Positions 40,421-53,352 of a DNA stretch of 64,000 nt are shown in pieces. The notes under the pieces are model-generated. The model saw only the letters and a program-made list of their open reading frames with translations. It was not told the origin of the DNA and did not search any database. The number at the start of each line of letters is the position of its first letter. Positions within the stretch are counted from its first letter, which is position 1. Source of the DNA: the human T2T-CHM13v2.0 reference genome, Homo sapiens. A program made the position numbers and the translations under genes. The DNA lies in NCBI RefSeq assembly GCF_009914755.1, contig NC_060934.1. One strand, written 5' to 3'.

Positions 40421-41299
40421 TTAAATGATTTGGCACCAAATAGTTATAATTCTCATGTTATAAATTTATGTTATTCAAAATACAAAATAATATATGTTAT
40501 ATACTAAAATATGTCTAGAAAATACCTGTAGCAGGTTTACTACACACCTCTTGTGAACCTTGGATCATTTTTATATACCTTTGTTCTATTCTTTATTTTA
40601 AAACTTTTCTAGGAACATATTTTGGTAAATTATCTGGGGCAAAATAACTCATAAAATGGGTTAATCTAATCATGTTTTATTGGAATCTACTAATTATTTA
40701 AAAATATACTAAGCCAAGCTTTTAACATAGGCATAGAACAATTTTTTTTCTCTGAACTGCGTCCCAAAGGTGAAAAAAGGAGGTTAGTAAACAATAATGA
40801 CTATTTGCTGACCTATGTGTGTGAAACTTACTAATTAGTTTGACTTCACCTCAGGGGATAACAGAGAAGATCACTAATCCTCAGATCCCCTGGCAGAATA
40901 TATTACAATCACAAAATCCTATAGGGTTGGGAGATGTGCTCTCATATTGACATATTCACATATTAATGGTGCAATCTTCATAATGTAACATATACAGCAC
41001 AATTTTTAAAAATTAGGTAATAGCATGTTTACTTATTTGCAGGATTGTTTCCAAAATTCTCATATTTGTCAAGATTCCAGTATACAGTTCCCTGTCTTTT
41101 ATCATTCTTCATATGTACCTTCTATCCATCTTTTCATCATTCCCAGATGATTTATTAAGTTTACCGAAGGCGCTAGTTGGCTGGGGTGTATCTAAATCCA
41201 AACAATTAAAAATAGACAAAAACATACGTGATCTCTTTCACACCCTCTGTAGTACACATTTCCATGCTCAGCTTCTTTATCTTTCCGCTTACTAGTAAG

Positions 41300-41672
41300 A
41301 TCTCCACAGGAATAGGGAAGTTCATGGAATACTGACAGTTTCTAAGCTCTGTGTCTCTCTGCTTCTCTGGCTGAGGGTTTTTCCTAGTAACACGGGGCCT
41401 GATCATCAATGTTCAGAGCATATCTGAAGTAAAGGACACATAACACACTCAGAGACAACCCTCAAATTCCAGTTTCTAACCATTCCAGCAAGATGGAACC
41501 CTGGTTAGGTGGTAAGTCACTCATCAATCTGCATAATGTCTTGGCTTTTTCTCCCACTCCTCCTTTATCCACTCCCTTATTGTGTTCTGCTCTCTGAAAT
41601 TGTCTCCTAAATAAATCATTTTATCCAAATATTTTTCTCAGATAGAGCTTTGGGAGAAACTGAACCCAGACA
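41300..41672 (+). mobile_element. ERVL LTR, LTR16-like
   Basis: 3' end ctcctaaataaatcattt...ctcagatagagctttgggagaaactgaacccagaca resembles LTR16-family ends. The 5' boundary is uncertain. Confidence 0.55.
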
Positions 41673-42299
41673 TTTCTTAGGAATTTAAACCCATCTAAAG
41701 CCGTATTAATAGACATCAACTGAATTCTAAAACTTCAAAGAGCTGTTATGTTAATACGTCTATTTATAGAGGAGGGTGATTTAAACAGGAATCTTTACTG
41801 AAGCATTTATCAGAACCTTAAGTGAATTAAAATGATCCCTGAGGAGGCAGAGATTATTAAAAAGCACTTTCCAAATTTAGTTGATCAAAGGACTCCTTTA
41901 GTTGTGTATTCATTTACCAAGCTGCTGTTTATTGTTAGTGCATATTTTAGTAAATGATGAAAACTTCAAAACTCAGATATTTAAACTATCCATGCTACTA
42001 ATGGAAAGGAGAAATGTCAAGGTAGTAGAGATGCTTGCAAAGAGAAAGGTGAAAATCTTCTGTAAAGACATGGGGTTCCTACCGTGCTGTTCTGCAATCA
42101 GCTCCTACAAACCAGCCTTGTTCCTCACTTATAGAGAACCTTTCTTAATACATTACAGCCCTTAGTATTCTCAATTATGAAGGATGTTGGACTCAAAATC
42201 CAATACACTTTACCATTCTGCAACTTTATTATCCATTGACGTATTTTTCTGTTGAGATTGAATCTAGCAAGAAGGCTTATCTGAGTTTATCACTAGCCT

Positions 42300-42720
42300 G
42301 TTTATCAAGTAAGGCACTTTCTGCTGCAAAGAACCAACCAAATGATTGTAAACCATAAAGGAATTTACCAACTCACATAACTACAAAGGCAAAGCTTAAA
42401 TGGTTTCAGAAGTGACTTAAAGCAGGGCTCGGAAAATATCACCAGGACCACTTCATTCCACCTCTCTGCTCAGCTTTGTTCTCTTACACTGTTGGTTTTG
42501 CTCTCAGGCAGGTATGATCCTTGTCCCAGGATGTGAACAGCTGCTCTGAATCATGTATTTTTAGCTTCATCTTCAGTTTGGAAGAGAGAGATTATCTTTC
42601 TCTCAGAATGACACAAACGCCCAGGGTAAACCTCTTATTGGTTAGATTAGGTTGACTTCCTACACCTGAAGCAATCATTGCATGTGGTGGGGAGGGGAAA
42701 AGTACTCTAAGTGGTTGGAA
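42300..42720 (-). mobile_element. Old MaLR LTR (MLT1J/K/L-like)
   Basis: aaaggaatttaccaactcacataact...gcagggctc...ctctcaggcagg...ttattggttagattaggt. Confidence 0.5.
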
Positions 42721-42749
42721 ATCATTACAACCAAGTAATGTTACAACAA

Positions 42750-43075
42750 CAAATCTGTACATTAGGATCACCTGCATAGGTTTTAAAACTACTTATGATG
42801 GGGCCTACCTTACACTAAGTAAGCCAGTACATCTGTGAGTGGAAATCAAGCATTAGCATATTTTAAAGCTCTTGAGTGATTTCAGCCTCTATTAATTAAG
42901 AACCACTACTTTAGATTTGGGCTGCAATAATTCAAGTTTATACAATTCACCTGGGGAACCTGTCAAAAGGGAGACTTTGACTCAGTAGGCCTGTGCAGGG
43001 CTTAGGATGCAGCGTTTCTAATAGGTTTCCAGGTGATCCTCCTCATGTGCTTAGTGATCCTTACTTTGAGAAATA
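42750..43075. mobile_element. Two adjacent MER5-type MITE fragments
   Basis: gcatattttaaagctcttgagtgatt...aagaaccact; ttcacctggggaacctgtcaaaa...tgactcagtaggcctg...ccaggtgat...actttgagaa. Confidence 0.6.
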
Positions 43076-43773
43076 AGGCATATCCTATTCAGTGTCTATC
43101 CTTACAGCTGTTGAGTAAGGTCAATCATAACTGAGACATATAGCTATGAGTAAAGAAGGTGCGATCCACCAAAACAAATGTTAGCTATTTTTTCCAAAGA
43201 AGAATTAAAATGATAAAAAATACAGGCTTACTATTCTGAGATGAACAAATATTAACCTCTTTATGATCCTTATATCTTTATTTTATCCTCGGTGTGGGCA
43301 TACAGTATGGGCTTCTAAGGTCAGATGGTACAGGATGCAACCAGCTTAAGGGTGGGGAGTTCAAATCCAGAAGACAGCTAGACAGTCATATTCTCTCAAG
43401 AAGTTACGGATCCTTCCTTGTCATCAGATGATGACGTGTGGTCTTTCCCTCTGAGTATTTTCTTGAGAACTTTCCCTTTCCTTTGATTTCCCGGGTTGTA
43501 AATATCAGCTTCAGGATGAACTCGCAAGATTACTATGTTCTCTTAAAAATTCAATGGCTGTTACACTCAACTGATCTCTTTCTTTTTTTGTGCTCCCCCC
43601 AATACCCCAATGCACCTCAAGGTTCACAAATTTTAAATGTAGTTATTAACTCCTGAACTATTGTCTTGGTCTCATTTGTAGGCAGTAAGACTTAACAAAG
43701 TAGCATGAAACATCAAGCATAAACAACCAGAGGCTAAAATAACACCCTGTGCCCTGACTATATTGTCTAAAAG

Positions 43774-43842
43774 GTGTACCTAAGATCCATGTGTACCTAA
43801 GATCTGTGTACCTAAGATCCAGACTGTGTGCCTAAGATTCAT
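43774..43842. repeat. Short tandem repeat, 4 copies of core TGTGTACCTAAGATC
   Basis: gtgtacctaagatc ca tgtgtacctaagatc tgtgtacctaagatc cagac tgtgtgcctaagatt. Confidence 0.9.
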
Positions 43843-44269
43843 GCTTAGTTCACTTGGTATTTCTGGACTTCTGAAATTGACATCAGTTCTAAAGACTCTA
43901 CCAAAGGTTCTATAGTAGTGACTCATGTTATTCCTTAAACACAATTTTGATGAGCCAACATATTTTCTCATGTACTAAATCTCAGCTCAGTCCTCAATGT
44001 TAAATATTTTACATCTAAACCACAGCTCTGCCTGGCTTCTCTGGATTGTCTTACCCCCAGCTACTCTGATCACATCATAATTATCTGGTGCTCTGTCCTC
44101 TCATTACTATATTCTACTAAGATCTTAGGAAAGAAATGCATCATTAGTAATTAGAGAGGAAACTGAAACTCAGAGAGTTCAGTCATTCTTTTCAAGTCAT
44201 ACAAGTGGAAATATGGTAAGCTGTGATTTATATCCAGGCCTTTTTAACATACAAAACCTAATGTGTTAA

Positions 44270-44632
<363 letters not shown>

Positions 44633-45039
44633 TGAATTCCTGGAAAGGAGTACTTGTGTCTCATTCACTCTGGAATCCCCTGTCCCAGGCACAATGTCTG
44701 GCCAAAATTGCTGCTAATTAAACATTTGTTAGATCAAAGACCCGGACAGTGAGGTAGGTTAATGTCTACTGAACTCTCTGAGCCTGTTTTCTATCTAGTT
44801 ATTAATTATACATTTCTTTCTTAAGACCTTAGTGGAATGTAGTAATGAGGACAGAGAACCAAAGAATTATGATACGATCAGAGTAGCTGAGGGGAGGGGA
44901 TTCCAGAGAAACCAGGCATACCTGTGATTTAGACAAAAATATTTTGGTTTTGGAAGGAGATTTTAGACCCCTCTAACTTATATTCAAATTGACAATTTAT
45001 TTACTGTTTCTATCCATCTTCACAAAGGAAATAGAAGTA

Positions 45040-45308
45040 CAGATGGTCCCAAACTTAATACGGTTCAATGATTCAAAGATTTTTCGACTTTATGATGGGT
45101 TTATTGGGACATAAACCTATTGTAAGTCAAGGAGGTTATGGTTTCTATTGAATTTGTATCACTTTGGCACCATTGTAAAGTCAAAAAATTTTAAATTGAA
45201 CCATTGTAAATCAGGAACTGTATGCTGTGCTGCCAGCACTAAAAGCATTTTCAACTTACCGTGAATGTATCTGGATGTAGCCCTACCATAAGTTGAGGAG
45301 CTTCTGTA
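45040..45308. mobile_element. Tigger-derived MITE, MER47-like
   Basis: TA-flanked cagatggtcccaaactta...taagttgaggagcttctg; internal inverted segments gactttatgatgg / ccattgtaaagtc. Confidence 0.65.
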
Positions 45309-46022
45309 CTTTTATTTGTGTGGGCAGGATGGACATACATGACCACTTCCTCCCTGTTTCTTTCGAGGGCAAGAAGCTGATAAAAAGATATATAACCAGA
45401 ACAATTATTACTGCCTTCCCTGTTCTCCTCTGACTGACTTTATCGTGATGTCAGTATCCTACATATTCACTGAATGTGAGAATTTTACTTACTTACCTCC
45501 AGACAGAAACATTTACTTCCTTTAAAAACCCATGGAATCTGTTATATAAGAGTTACTCAAACATAGTTTGAGTCATAATATTGGAAGATGATGCAATGGG
45601 AAATGTAAAGTATTCCAATTCCTTTATATTATTATTTAAAAATGAGATTAAAAACGAGAAGATACTTCTCCATAGACATAAAACAATAGATTACTTTTGT
45701 TGGTTTGACCACATTGAGATAAAAAATGATTTTCCTTCTCTACAGTCTATTATCCAGATTGCGAACTTCAGCTTTGGCGAATGTCTCGAGCAGTTAACGT
45801 TCTGACACAATGACATTTCAATCAGATATGAAAGTGGTGTTGGGACCCTTTGGGAATAATTTTGCTGCAGTTCACACCCTGACTTGCTAGTAACTAGCTG
45901 TTCATTGGTTAATGCCCAGGGTCAAAAGTAAGAATGCATAACAGGATGGGCTCTGGGAAATGCATTCTCCTCATGAACCAAAGTTAATGTGGCCTATGAA
46001 AGGAGGTTCAGGTAGCCATTAG

Positions 46023-46354
<332 letters not shown>

Positions 46355-46719
46355 TAGATCTATGCAATAAATATATTTTTAAAATAAGTAAACTAATAAC
46401 TGTCAAAGCATAGTAGTTATAACATTGGATCAAAAATTCTGGATTCCATCATCCTAAACATATATTTGTCGAGAATAATTTCTTGCTTAGCATTTCATGG
46501 AAAACGTTAAAAGTCATTTATATTATTGTCTATGCATGTTGGGGGATAAATATCATTAGTGTTTTCCAATGACTTCATATCTCTGAATCCTGAATCAGAC
46601 TAGTGAGGAAGAACAAATATTCACTTAGCCTACATTTGATGATAAGAATTTTATTTGAGAACTGGATAATTATTGATCTTACGGACTTTGCCAGCTTCAA
46701 TACTAAGCAACAAAAAAAA

Positions 46720-46920
46720 AATGTAGGTTCTTATGGATACTTAATACTGTCTAGGTACTGTGCTCCATTCTTCACATATATTATTTCACATAATTCTCAT
46801 GCTACCCTAGGAACAGGTGTAACTATCTTAATTTTATGGATGTGGGAATTGAGGCATAGAGAGGTTAAGTTATGCAAGGACCTACTCTGTGACATAACCT
46901 AGACTTGATTCCTTGATTTT
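46720..46920 (-). mobile_element. MIR
   Basis: ctaggtactgtgct...attttatggatgtgggaattgaggcatagagaggttaagt. Confidence 0.7.
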
Positions 46921-49095
46921 CTAACACACGGCGCTGCACTCTTCTGTTGGTCCCACGTGTCTGAGATTTGCTGACTTTCAGCACACAAATAAATCAATGA
47001 CACATTAATAGGCATTAATAGGGAGGTTAAGCAGCTGTCATGTCACAGTAGTAGTGACACTGAAATTATGAGAGCACATCCATATGAATGACACAGTCAT
47101 ATTTAAAGTGCCAATCTTCCTTGAGCAAAACTTCTGTGAGAAAAATTAAGTTTACAGATACTTATGCAATCAAAGGTTTATATATTTATATATGTTTAAC
47201 ATAAAAAAAACCTTTGAGATCTTTTAATTGGGCCCCTTCCTTTTACAGAGGAGGAAAATGATGTGCAGGGAGGAGAAGTGCTTTGCTCAAAGTCACAAAG
47301 CAAGGAAGACTAGGCCTCAAGATGACCTGATTACAATCCTAGTTCCTTTGCAGCTCTTCCACGATTACTTAGTCACAGAATCTAGAGACAGTGAGAGGAA
47401 TAAAAGCATTTTTGAGTAGCATTTTCTGATTTTGATTACATTAGTTAGGGAAAAAATATCAGGGCTATAAAGAGAGTCAGTAGCAAAGCAACTAAAGCCT
47501 GAAGTTTGAACAATGTTGGAGAAGCAGAGGACAAATATCATTAGCGTGGGCCATCAATAAACTTCTTACTGGTTTTCCTTTTCCCTTAGTCATGAGTCAC
47601 ATTAGTAAATAGGGGAATATGTCGTGAGTCTTGTCTAGGGACTGACAACATCGAAAGCAAATAAAAACCTTGAAATGATTGCCAATTGTTTTGGCAAATA
47701 TCTCACATTCATGAAGCTGGCATGTAGAGCTTTCTAGTATAGAAATTTTAGCATATTCAACTATTCCATTAAGTACTGCAAAGGAACATTGACCTTCCTA
47801 CAGTACTTTCTAATAGTAATAGCTGGATTTTTTAAAATGAGAAAACTCTATTATATCCCCTCTGGAAAAGGAGTCAAAAGGGTGATACTATCTCTGTTTA
47901 GCAGATGTGGGGATTTTATGGTCAGAGTGTGGAGGCGTCCGTGAAGTCTCAGGTGCCTTTCACGACTATAGCCTCAAGTCCCAATGCATCCCGAAGGAAA
48001 CCAACTCTTTTCATAGGGCCACAGATGATCATATCAGGGCTCAAGCTCACCACATGTGATCAAAGCAGAGAGAGACCATGGGTCTCTCAGGTGACTAGGA
48101 ATCAATCCTTGATCAATAGGGATACTCCATATCTGAGTAGCAATGTGACATAATCAAAACTTCTTAGTGGAAAGTATACATAATATGTATGCTCAAATAT
48201 TTCACAGCAGTAAATTAAAGGGGATACACCATTTCTCAATGAAATAGTTGTAATAAAAAAATTTTAAGGCAACACACCCACCACGGACAACAAAATTTGA
48301 GTAGTAAATGAAGATGAATCTCATGATCCTCCATCTTCTTTTATTATTTTTTCTTCAACTGCACTTTGGGCTCAAATACAGTTGCATAAGTCTGTCTTAT
48401 ATTCTAAAAACCACACTAAAAACATCATGGATCTAGTTTATAACCTTTAACTTTTCAATTTCCAAATTTACTTGAGTCATTTTTACAATTTCTATGTCTC
48501 ATCTCCCAATCCTGCCGATGTTCATTGCAGTCAGTTTCACCATCATGACTCACACTAACTATTTCATTTCTCTTCACTTGGAAGTATCTCCAATAATCAC
48601 TAATGCCAAAATTCACTGTGCATTATAAAATCTGTATACTACTTCTATTTTGTAGATTTGATACCATTGACCATTTAATCCTTAGACTTCTATTTTTTGA
48701 CATTTGTAATCATCTAGATCTTTTACTCCTTGTATAGTATTTCCTATTTTCCTTCCTCACCTTCTACCTTCCATTTTTTTTGCTCATTCTTCATATATAT
48801 ATATGTTTTTATATATATGTTTATGTATATTTTATATATATGAAGAATGATCATATATATTTCATATTCTCATTGTTCTTACTTTACTTTTCTAAACAGC
48901 CCTGGCCAATCTTTAATATAACTATGGCTTAGAATATGTATACTATAATGACTCACAAGCTTATCTCAACACCCATGACATTCCTCTAATGAATTACAAA
49001 TGTACTTATTTGGACACTTCACAGTACATATAGTAAGAAGATGACTAGCTGTTCTTTGTTTTGGATGAGTCATTGGATCATTAAATTTGAATGAC

Positions 49096-51127
49096 TAATA
49101 TGGTTTGGCTGTGTCCTCATCCAAATCTTATCTTGAACTATAATCACCAGGTGTTATGGGAGGGAGCCAGTGGGAGGTAACTGAATCATGGGGATGGTTT
49201 CCACCATGCTGTTCTTGTGAAAGTGAGTGAGTTCTCACGAGATCTGATGGTTTACAAACATCAGGCATTTTCCCTGCTGGCACTTATTCTTTCTCCTGCT
49301 GTCTTGTGAAGAGGTGACTTCAGTGATGATTGTAAATTTCCTGAGGCTTCCCCAGCCATGGAGAACTGTGAATCAATTAAACCTCTTTTCCTTATAAATT
49401 ATCCAGTCTTGGGTATTTCCTTATAGCAATGTGAGAACGGACTAATAATGTAAATTTGTACCAAGGTGGTGGGGCATTTCTGTAAGATACCTGAGAATGT
49501 GGAAGCAACTTTGGAACTGGGTAATGGGCAGAGGTTGGAACAGTTTGAATGACTCAGAAGAAGACAGGAAGATGTGGGAAAGTTTGGGACTTCCTTGTAG
49601 AGACTTGTTAAATGGCTTTAACCAAAATGCTGATAGTGACATGGAAAATGAAGTCCAGGCTGAGTTGGTCTCAGATGGAGATGAAAAACTTGTTGGAAAA
49701 TGGAGCGAAGGTTGAAACTGGCAGCTTTTTGCCCCTACCCTAGAGATCTGTGGAACTTTGAGCTTGAAGAGATGATTTATTTAAGGTATCTAGTGGTAGA
49801 AATTTCTAAGTAGCAAAACACTCAAGAGGTGACAGATCATAAAAGTTTGAAAAATTTCCAGCTTGATGATGGGGTAGAAAAGAAAAACCCATTTTCTGGG
49901 GAGAAATTCAAGCCAGCTGCAGGAATTTGCATAAGTAAGGAGGAGCCGAATGCTAATTGCCAAGACAATGGGGAAATGTTTCCAGGACAAGTCAGAGACC
50001 TTCTTGGCAGCCCCTCTCATCATAGACCTGGAGACCTAAGAGGGAAAAATGGTTTCCTGGGCTGGGTCCAGGGACCCCTGCTGTGTGCAGGCTTAGGAAC
50101 TGGTGCCCTGCATCCCAGCCACTCCAGCCAAGGCTAAAAGGGGCCGAGGTACAGCTCAGGCTGTTGCTTCAGAGGGTGCAAGCCTCACACCTTGGCAGCT
50201 TCCATAGGGTGTTTAGTCTGTGGGTGAGCAGAAGACAATAATTGAGGTTTGGGAATCTCCACCTAGATTTCAGAAGATGTATAGAAATGCCTGGATATCT
50301 AGTCAGAAGTCTGCTGCAGGGGCAGAGCCCTCAAGGAGAACCTCTGTTAGGGCAGTGCAGAAGGGAAAATGTGGGGTAGGAGCCCCCACACAGAGTCCCC
50401 ACTGGGGCACTGCCTAGTGGAGCTGTGAGAATAAGGCCACCTTCCTCCCGACCCCAGAATGCTAGATCAACTGACAGCTTGCACCGTGAGCCTGGAAAAG
50501 CCACAGACACTCAACATCAGCTGTGAAAGCAGCTAGGAGGGATGTTGTATCCTGCAAAGCCACAGGGGCAGAGCTGCTCAAGGCTGTGGGAGTGCTCCTC
50601 TTGCATCAACATGAGCTGGATGTGAGACATGGAGTCAACAAAAAAAAATTTTGGAACTTTAAGGTACAATGACTGCCTTATTGGATTTCGGACTTGCATG
50701 GGGCCTGTAACCCCTTTGTTTTGGCCAGTTTCTCCCACTTGATTGTATTTACCCAATGCCTGTACCCCCATTGTATCTAGGAAGTAACTAACTTGCTTTT
50801 GATTTTACAGGCTCATAGGCAGAGGGGGCTTGCCTTGTCTCAGGTGGGACTTTGGACTGTGGACTTTTGGGTTAATGCTGAAATGAGTTAAGACTTTGGG
50901 GGACTGCTGGGAAGGCATGATTGTGTTTTGAAATGTGAAGACATGATATTTGGGAGGGGTTAGGGGCAGAATGATATGGTTTGGCTGTGTCCTCACTGAA
51001 ATATCTTGAATTGTAACCCCCATAATCCACATGTGTTGTGGGAGGGACCCAGTGAAAGGTAACTGAATCATGGGGGTGGTTCCCCCATGCTGTTCTCATG
51101 ATAGTGAGTGAATTCTCATGAGATCTG
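49096..51127 (+). mobile_element. THE1 (THE1D/MSTA-like) MaLR element: 5' LTR 49096-49448, internal region of about 1.5 kb, truncated 3' LTR 50972-51127
   Basis: LTR start atatggtttggctgtgtcctca occurs twice. Internal tgtggaagcaactttggaactgggtaa. Polypurine tract ggaggggttaggggcagaa precedes the 3' LTR. Confidence 0.92.
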
Positions 51128-51334
51128 TCTTCTATCATTCTCTGTTCTCATCACGTCTCACTTGGCCTATTTAAGTAGCCTCTGGACTAGGTTCCTGATT
51201 GCAGCTTCTCTACCCTTCCAATCACTACTCCAGATTTTGAACAAGTGGTCTTTCAAAAATACAAATTTAATTACTTTGTTGCTTAATATATATTGGTGCT
51301 TTCCATTTTTTACAAAGCAAAGTCATAAGCATTT

Positions 51335-51425
51335 TATATATATATATGTGTGTGTGTGTATGTGTGTGTGTGTATATGTATATATGTATACACAGACACA
51401 CACACACATACACACACACACATGT
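51335..51425. repeat. (TA)/(TG)/(CA) compound microsatellite with a perfect 28-bp inverted repeat
   Basis: a(tg)6ta(tg)6t at 51346-51373 and a(ca)6ta(ca)6t at 51396-51423. Confidence 0.95.
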
Positions 51426-51509
51426 GTTTAAACACCCACACCAAGATATAGATTACTTACTTCCAGGACTCCATAATCCCCTCTAGGGCCCTAGCCCAGC
51501 CAGGATTCC

Positions 51510-53218
51510 TCCCATTCCAAATTCAAGAAATTGGCCAAAACGAAGGGGCTACAGACCCCATGAAAGTCTGAAATCCAGCACAGCAGTCAAATCTTAAAGC
51601 TCTGAAATGATCTCCTTACACTCTATGTCTCATATCCAGGTCATGCTGATGCAAGAGGTGGGCTCCCATAGTCTTGGGCAGCTCCACCCATGTGGCTTGG
51701 CAAGGTAGAGCCTCCCTCTTAGCTTGGGCCTTCACAGGCTGGTGTTGAGTGTCTGTGGCTTTTCCAGGTGGGTGGTGCAAGCTTTCGGTGGATTTACCAT
51801 TCTGGGGTCTGGAGGACAGTGGCCCTCTTCTCACAGCTCCACTAGGCAGTGCCCCTGTAGGGACTCTGTGTGGGTTCTTCAACCCCACATTTCCCTGTCA
51901 CACTGCCCTGGAAGCAGTTCTCCATGAGGCCCCTGACCCTGCTGAAAACTTTCACCTGGGCATACAAGCATTTCCATACCTCTTCTGAAATCTAGATGGA
52001 AGTTCCCAAACCTCAATTCTTGACTTCTGTGCACCTGCAGGCTCAACACCATGTGGAATCTGCCAAGGTTTGGGGCTTGCAGTCTCTGAAACCATGGGCC
52101 AAGCTGTACCTTGGTCCCTTTTAGCAACAGGTGGAGCAGCTGGAACAGAGGGCACCAAGTCCCTAGGCTGCACACAGCGTGGAGACACTGGGCCTGGCCC
52201 AGGAAACCATTTTTTCCTCCTAAGCTTCTGGGTCTGTGATGGTAGGGGCTCCTGTGAAGACCTATGACATGCCCTGGAGACATTTCCCCATTGTCTTGGG
52301 GATTAACATTCAGCTCCTTATTACTTAAGCAAAATTCTGCAGCCAGCGTGAATTTCTCCTCAAAAAATGGGTTTTTCTTTTCCACTGCATCATCAGGCTG
52401 CAAATTTTCTGAACTTTTATTCTCTGATTCCCTTTTAAAACAGAATGCTTTTAACAGTACTCAAGTCACCTTTTGAATGCTTTGCTACTTAGAAATTTCT
52501 TCTGCCAGATACCCTAAATCATCTCTCTCAAGTTCAAAGTTCCACAGATCTCTAGGGCAGGGGAAAAATGCCACCAGTCTCTTTGCTAAAACGTAACAAG
52601 AGTCACCTTTGCTCCACTTCCCAACAAGCTTCTCAACTCCATCTGAGACCACCTTAGCCTGGACTTTATTGTCCATATTGCTATCAGGCTTTTGGTCAAA
52701 GCCGTTTAACAAGTGTCTAGGAAGTTCGAAACTTTCCCACCTTTTCCTGTCTTCTTCTGAGCCTTCCAAACTGTTCCAACCTCTGCCTGCCACCTAGTTT
52801 CAAAGTCGCTTCCATATTTTCTGGTATCTTTTCAGTAATGTCCCATTCTACTGGTCCCAATTTACTGTATTAGTCAGTTTTCATGCTGCTGATAAAGACA
52901 TACCCGAGTCTGGGAAGAAAAAGAAGTTTAATTGGACTTACAGTCCTACAGGCTTGGAAGGCCTCAGAGTCATGGTGGGAGGCAAAAGGCACTTCCTTCA
53001 TGGTGGTGGCAAGAGAAAATGAGGAAGATGCAAAAGCAGGAACCCCTGATACAACTATCAGATCTCATGAGACTTATTCACTACCACTAGAACAGTATGG
53101 GGGAACCGGCCCCATGATTCAAATTATCTCCCACCAAGTCCCTCCCACAACACGTGGAAATAATGGGAGTACAATTCGAAATAAGATTTGGGTGGGGACA
53201 CAGAAGCAAAGCACATCA
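51510..53218 (-). mobile_element. THE1C-like MaLR element: 5' LTR 52866-53218 plus internal region; 3' end and 3' LTR missing
   Basis: tgtattagtcagttttcatgctgctgataaagacatacccgag...gatttgggtggggacacag. The internal region is the reverse complement of the 49.5-50.7 kb internal region. Confidence 0.92.
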
Positions 53219-53352
53219 CAGGCATGAGCCTCCATGCCTAGCCCTAAGGTCTTTATTAAGAAAACTTTTTCTTCTGATCTATATTCAAATTAATTAAATC
53301 ATTATGTATTTATTCACTAGTTTATATCTTTGACTCTTTTTAATTTGTGTGG

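Noticed and set aside
49442-53227. Dense cluster of ORFs up to 174 aa
   Set aside because: Degenerate THE1 internal and LTR sequence with many stops and frameshifts.
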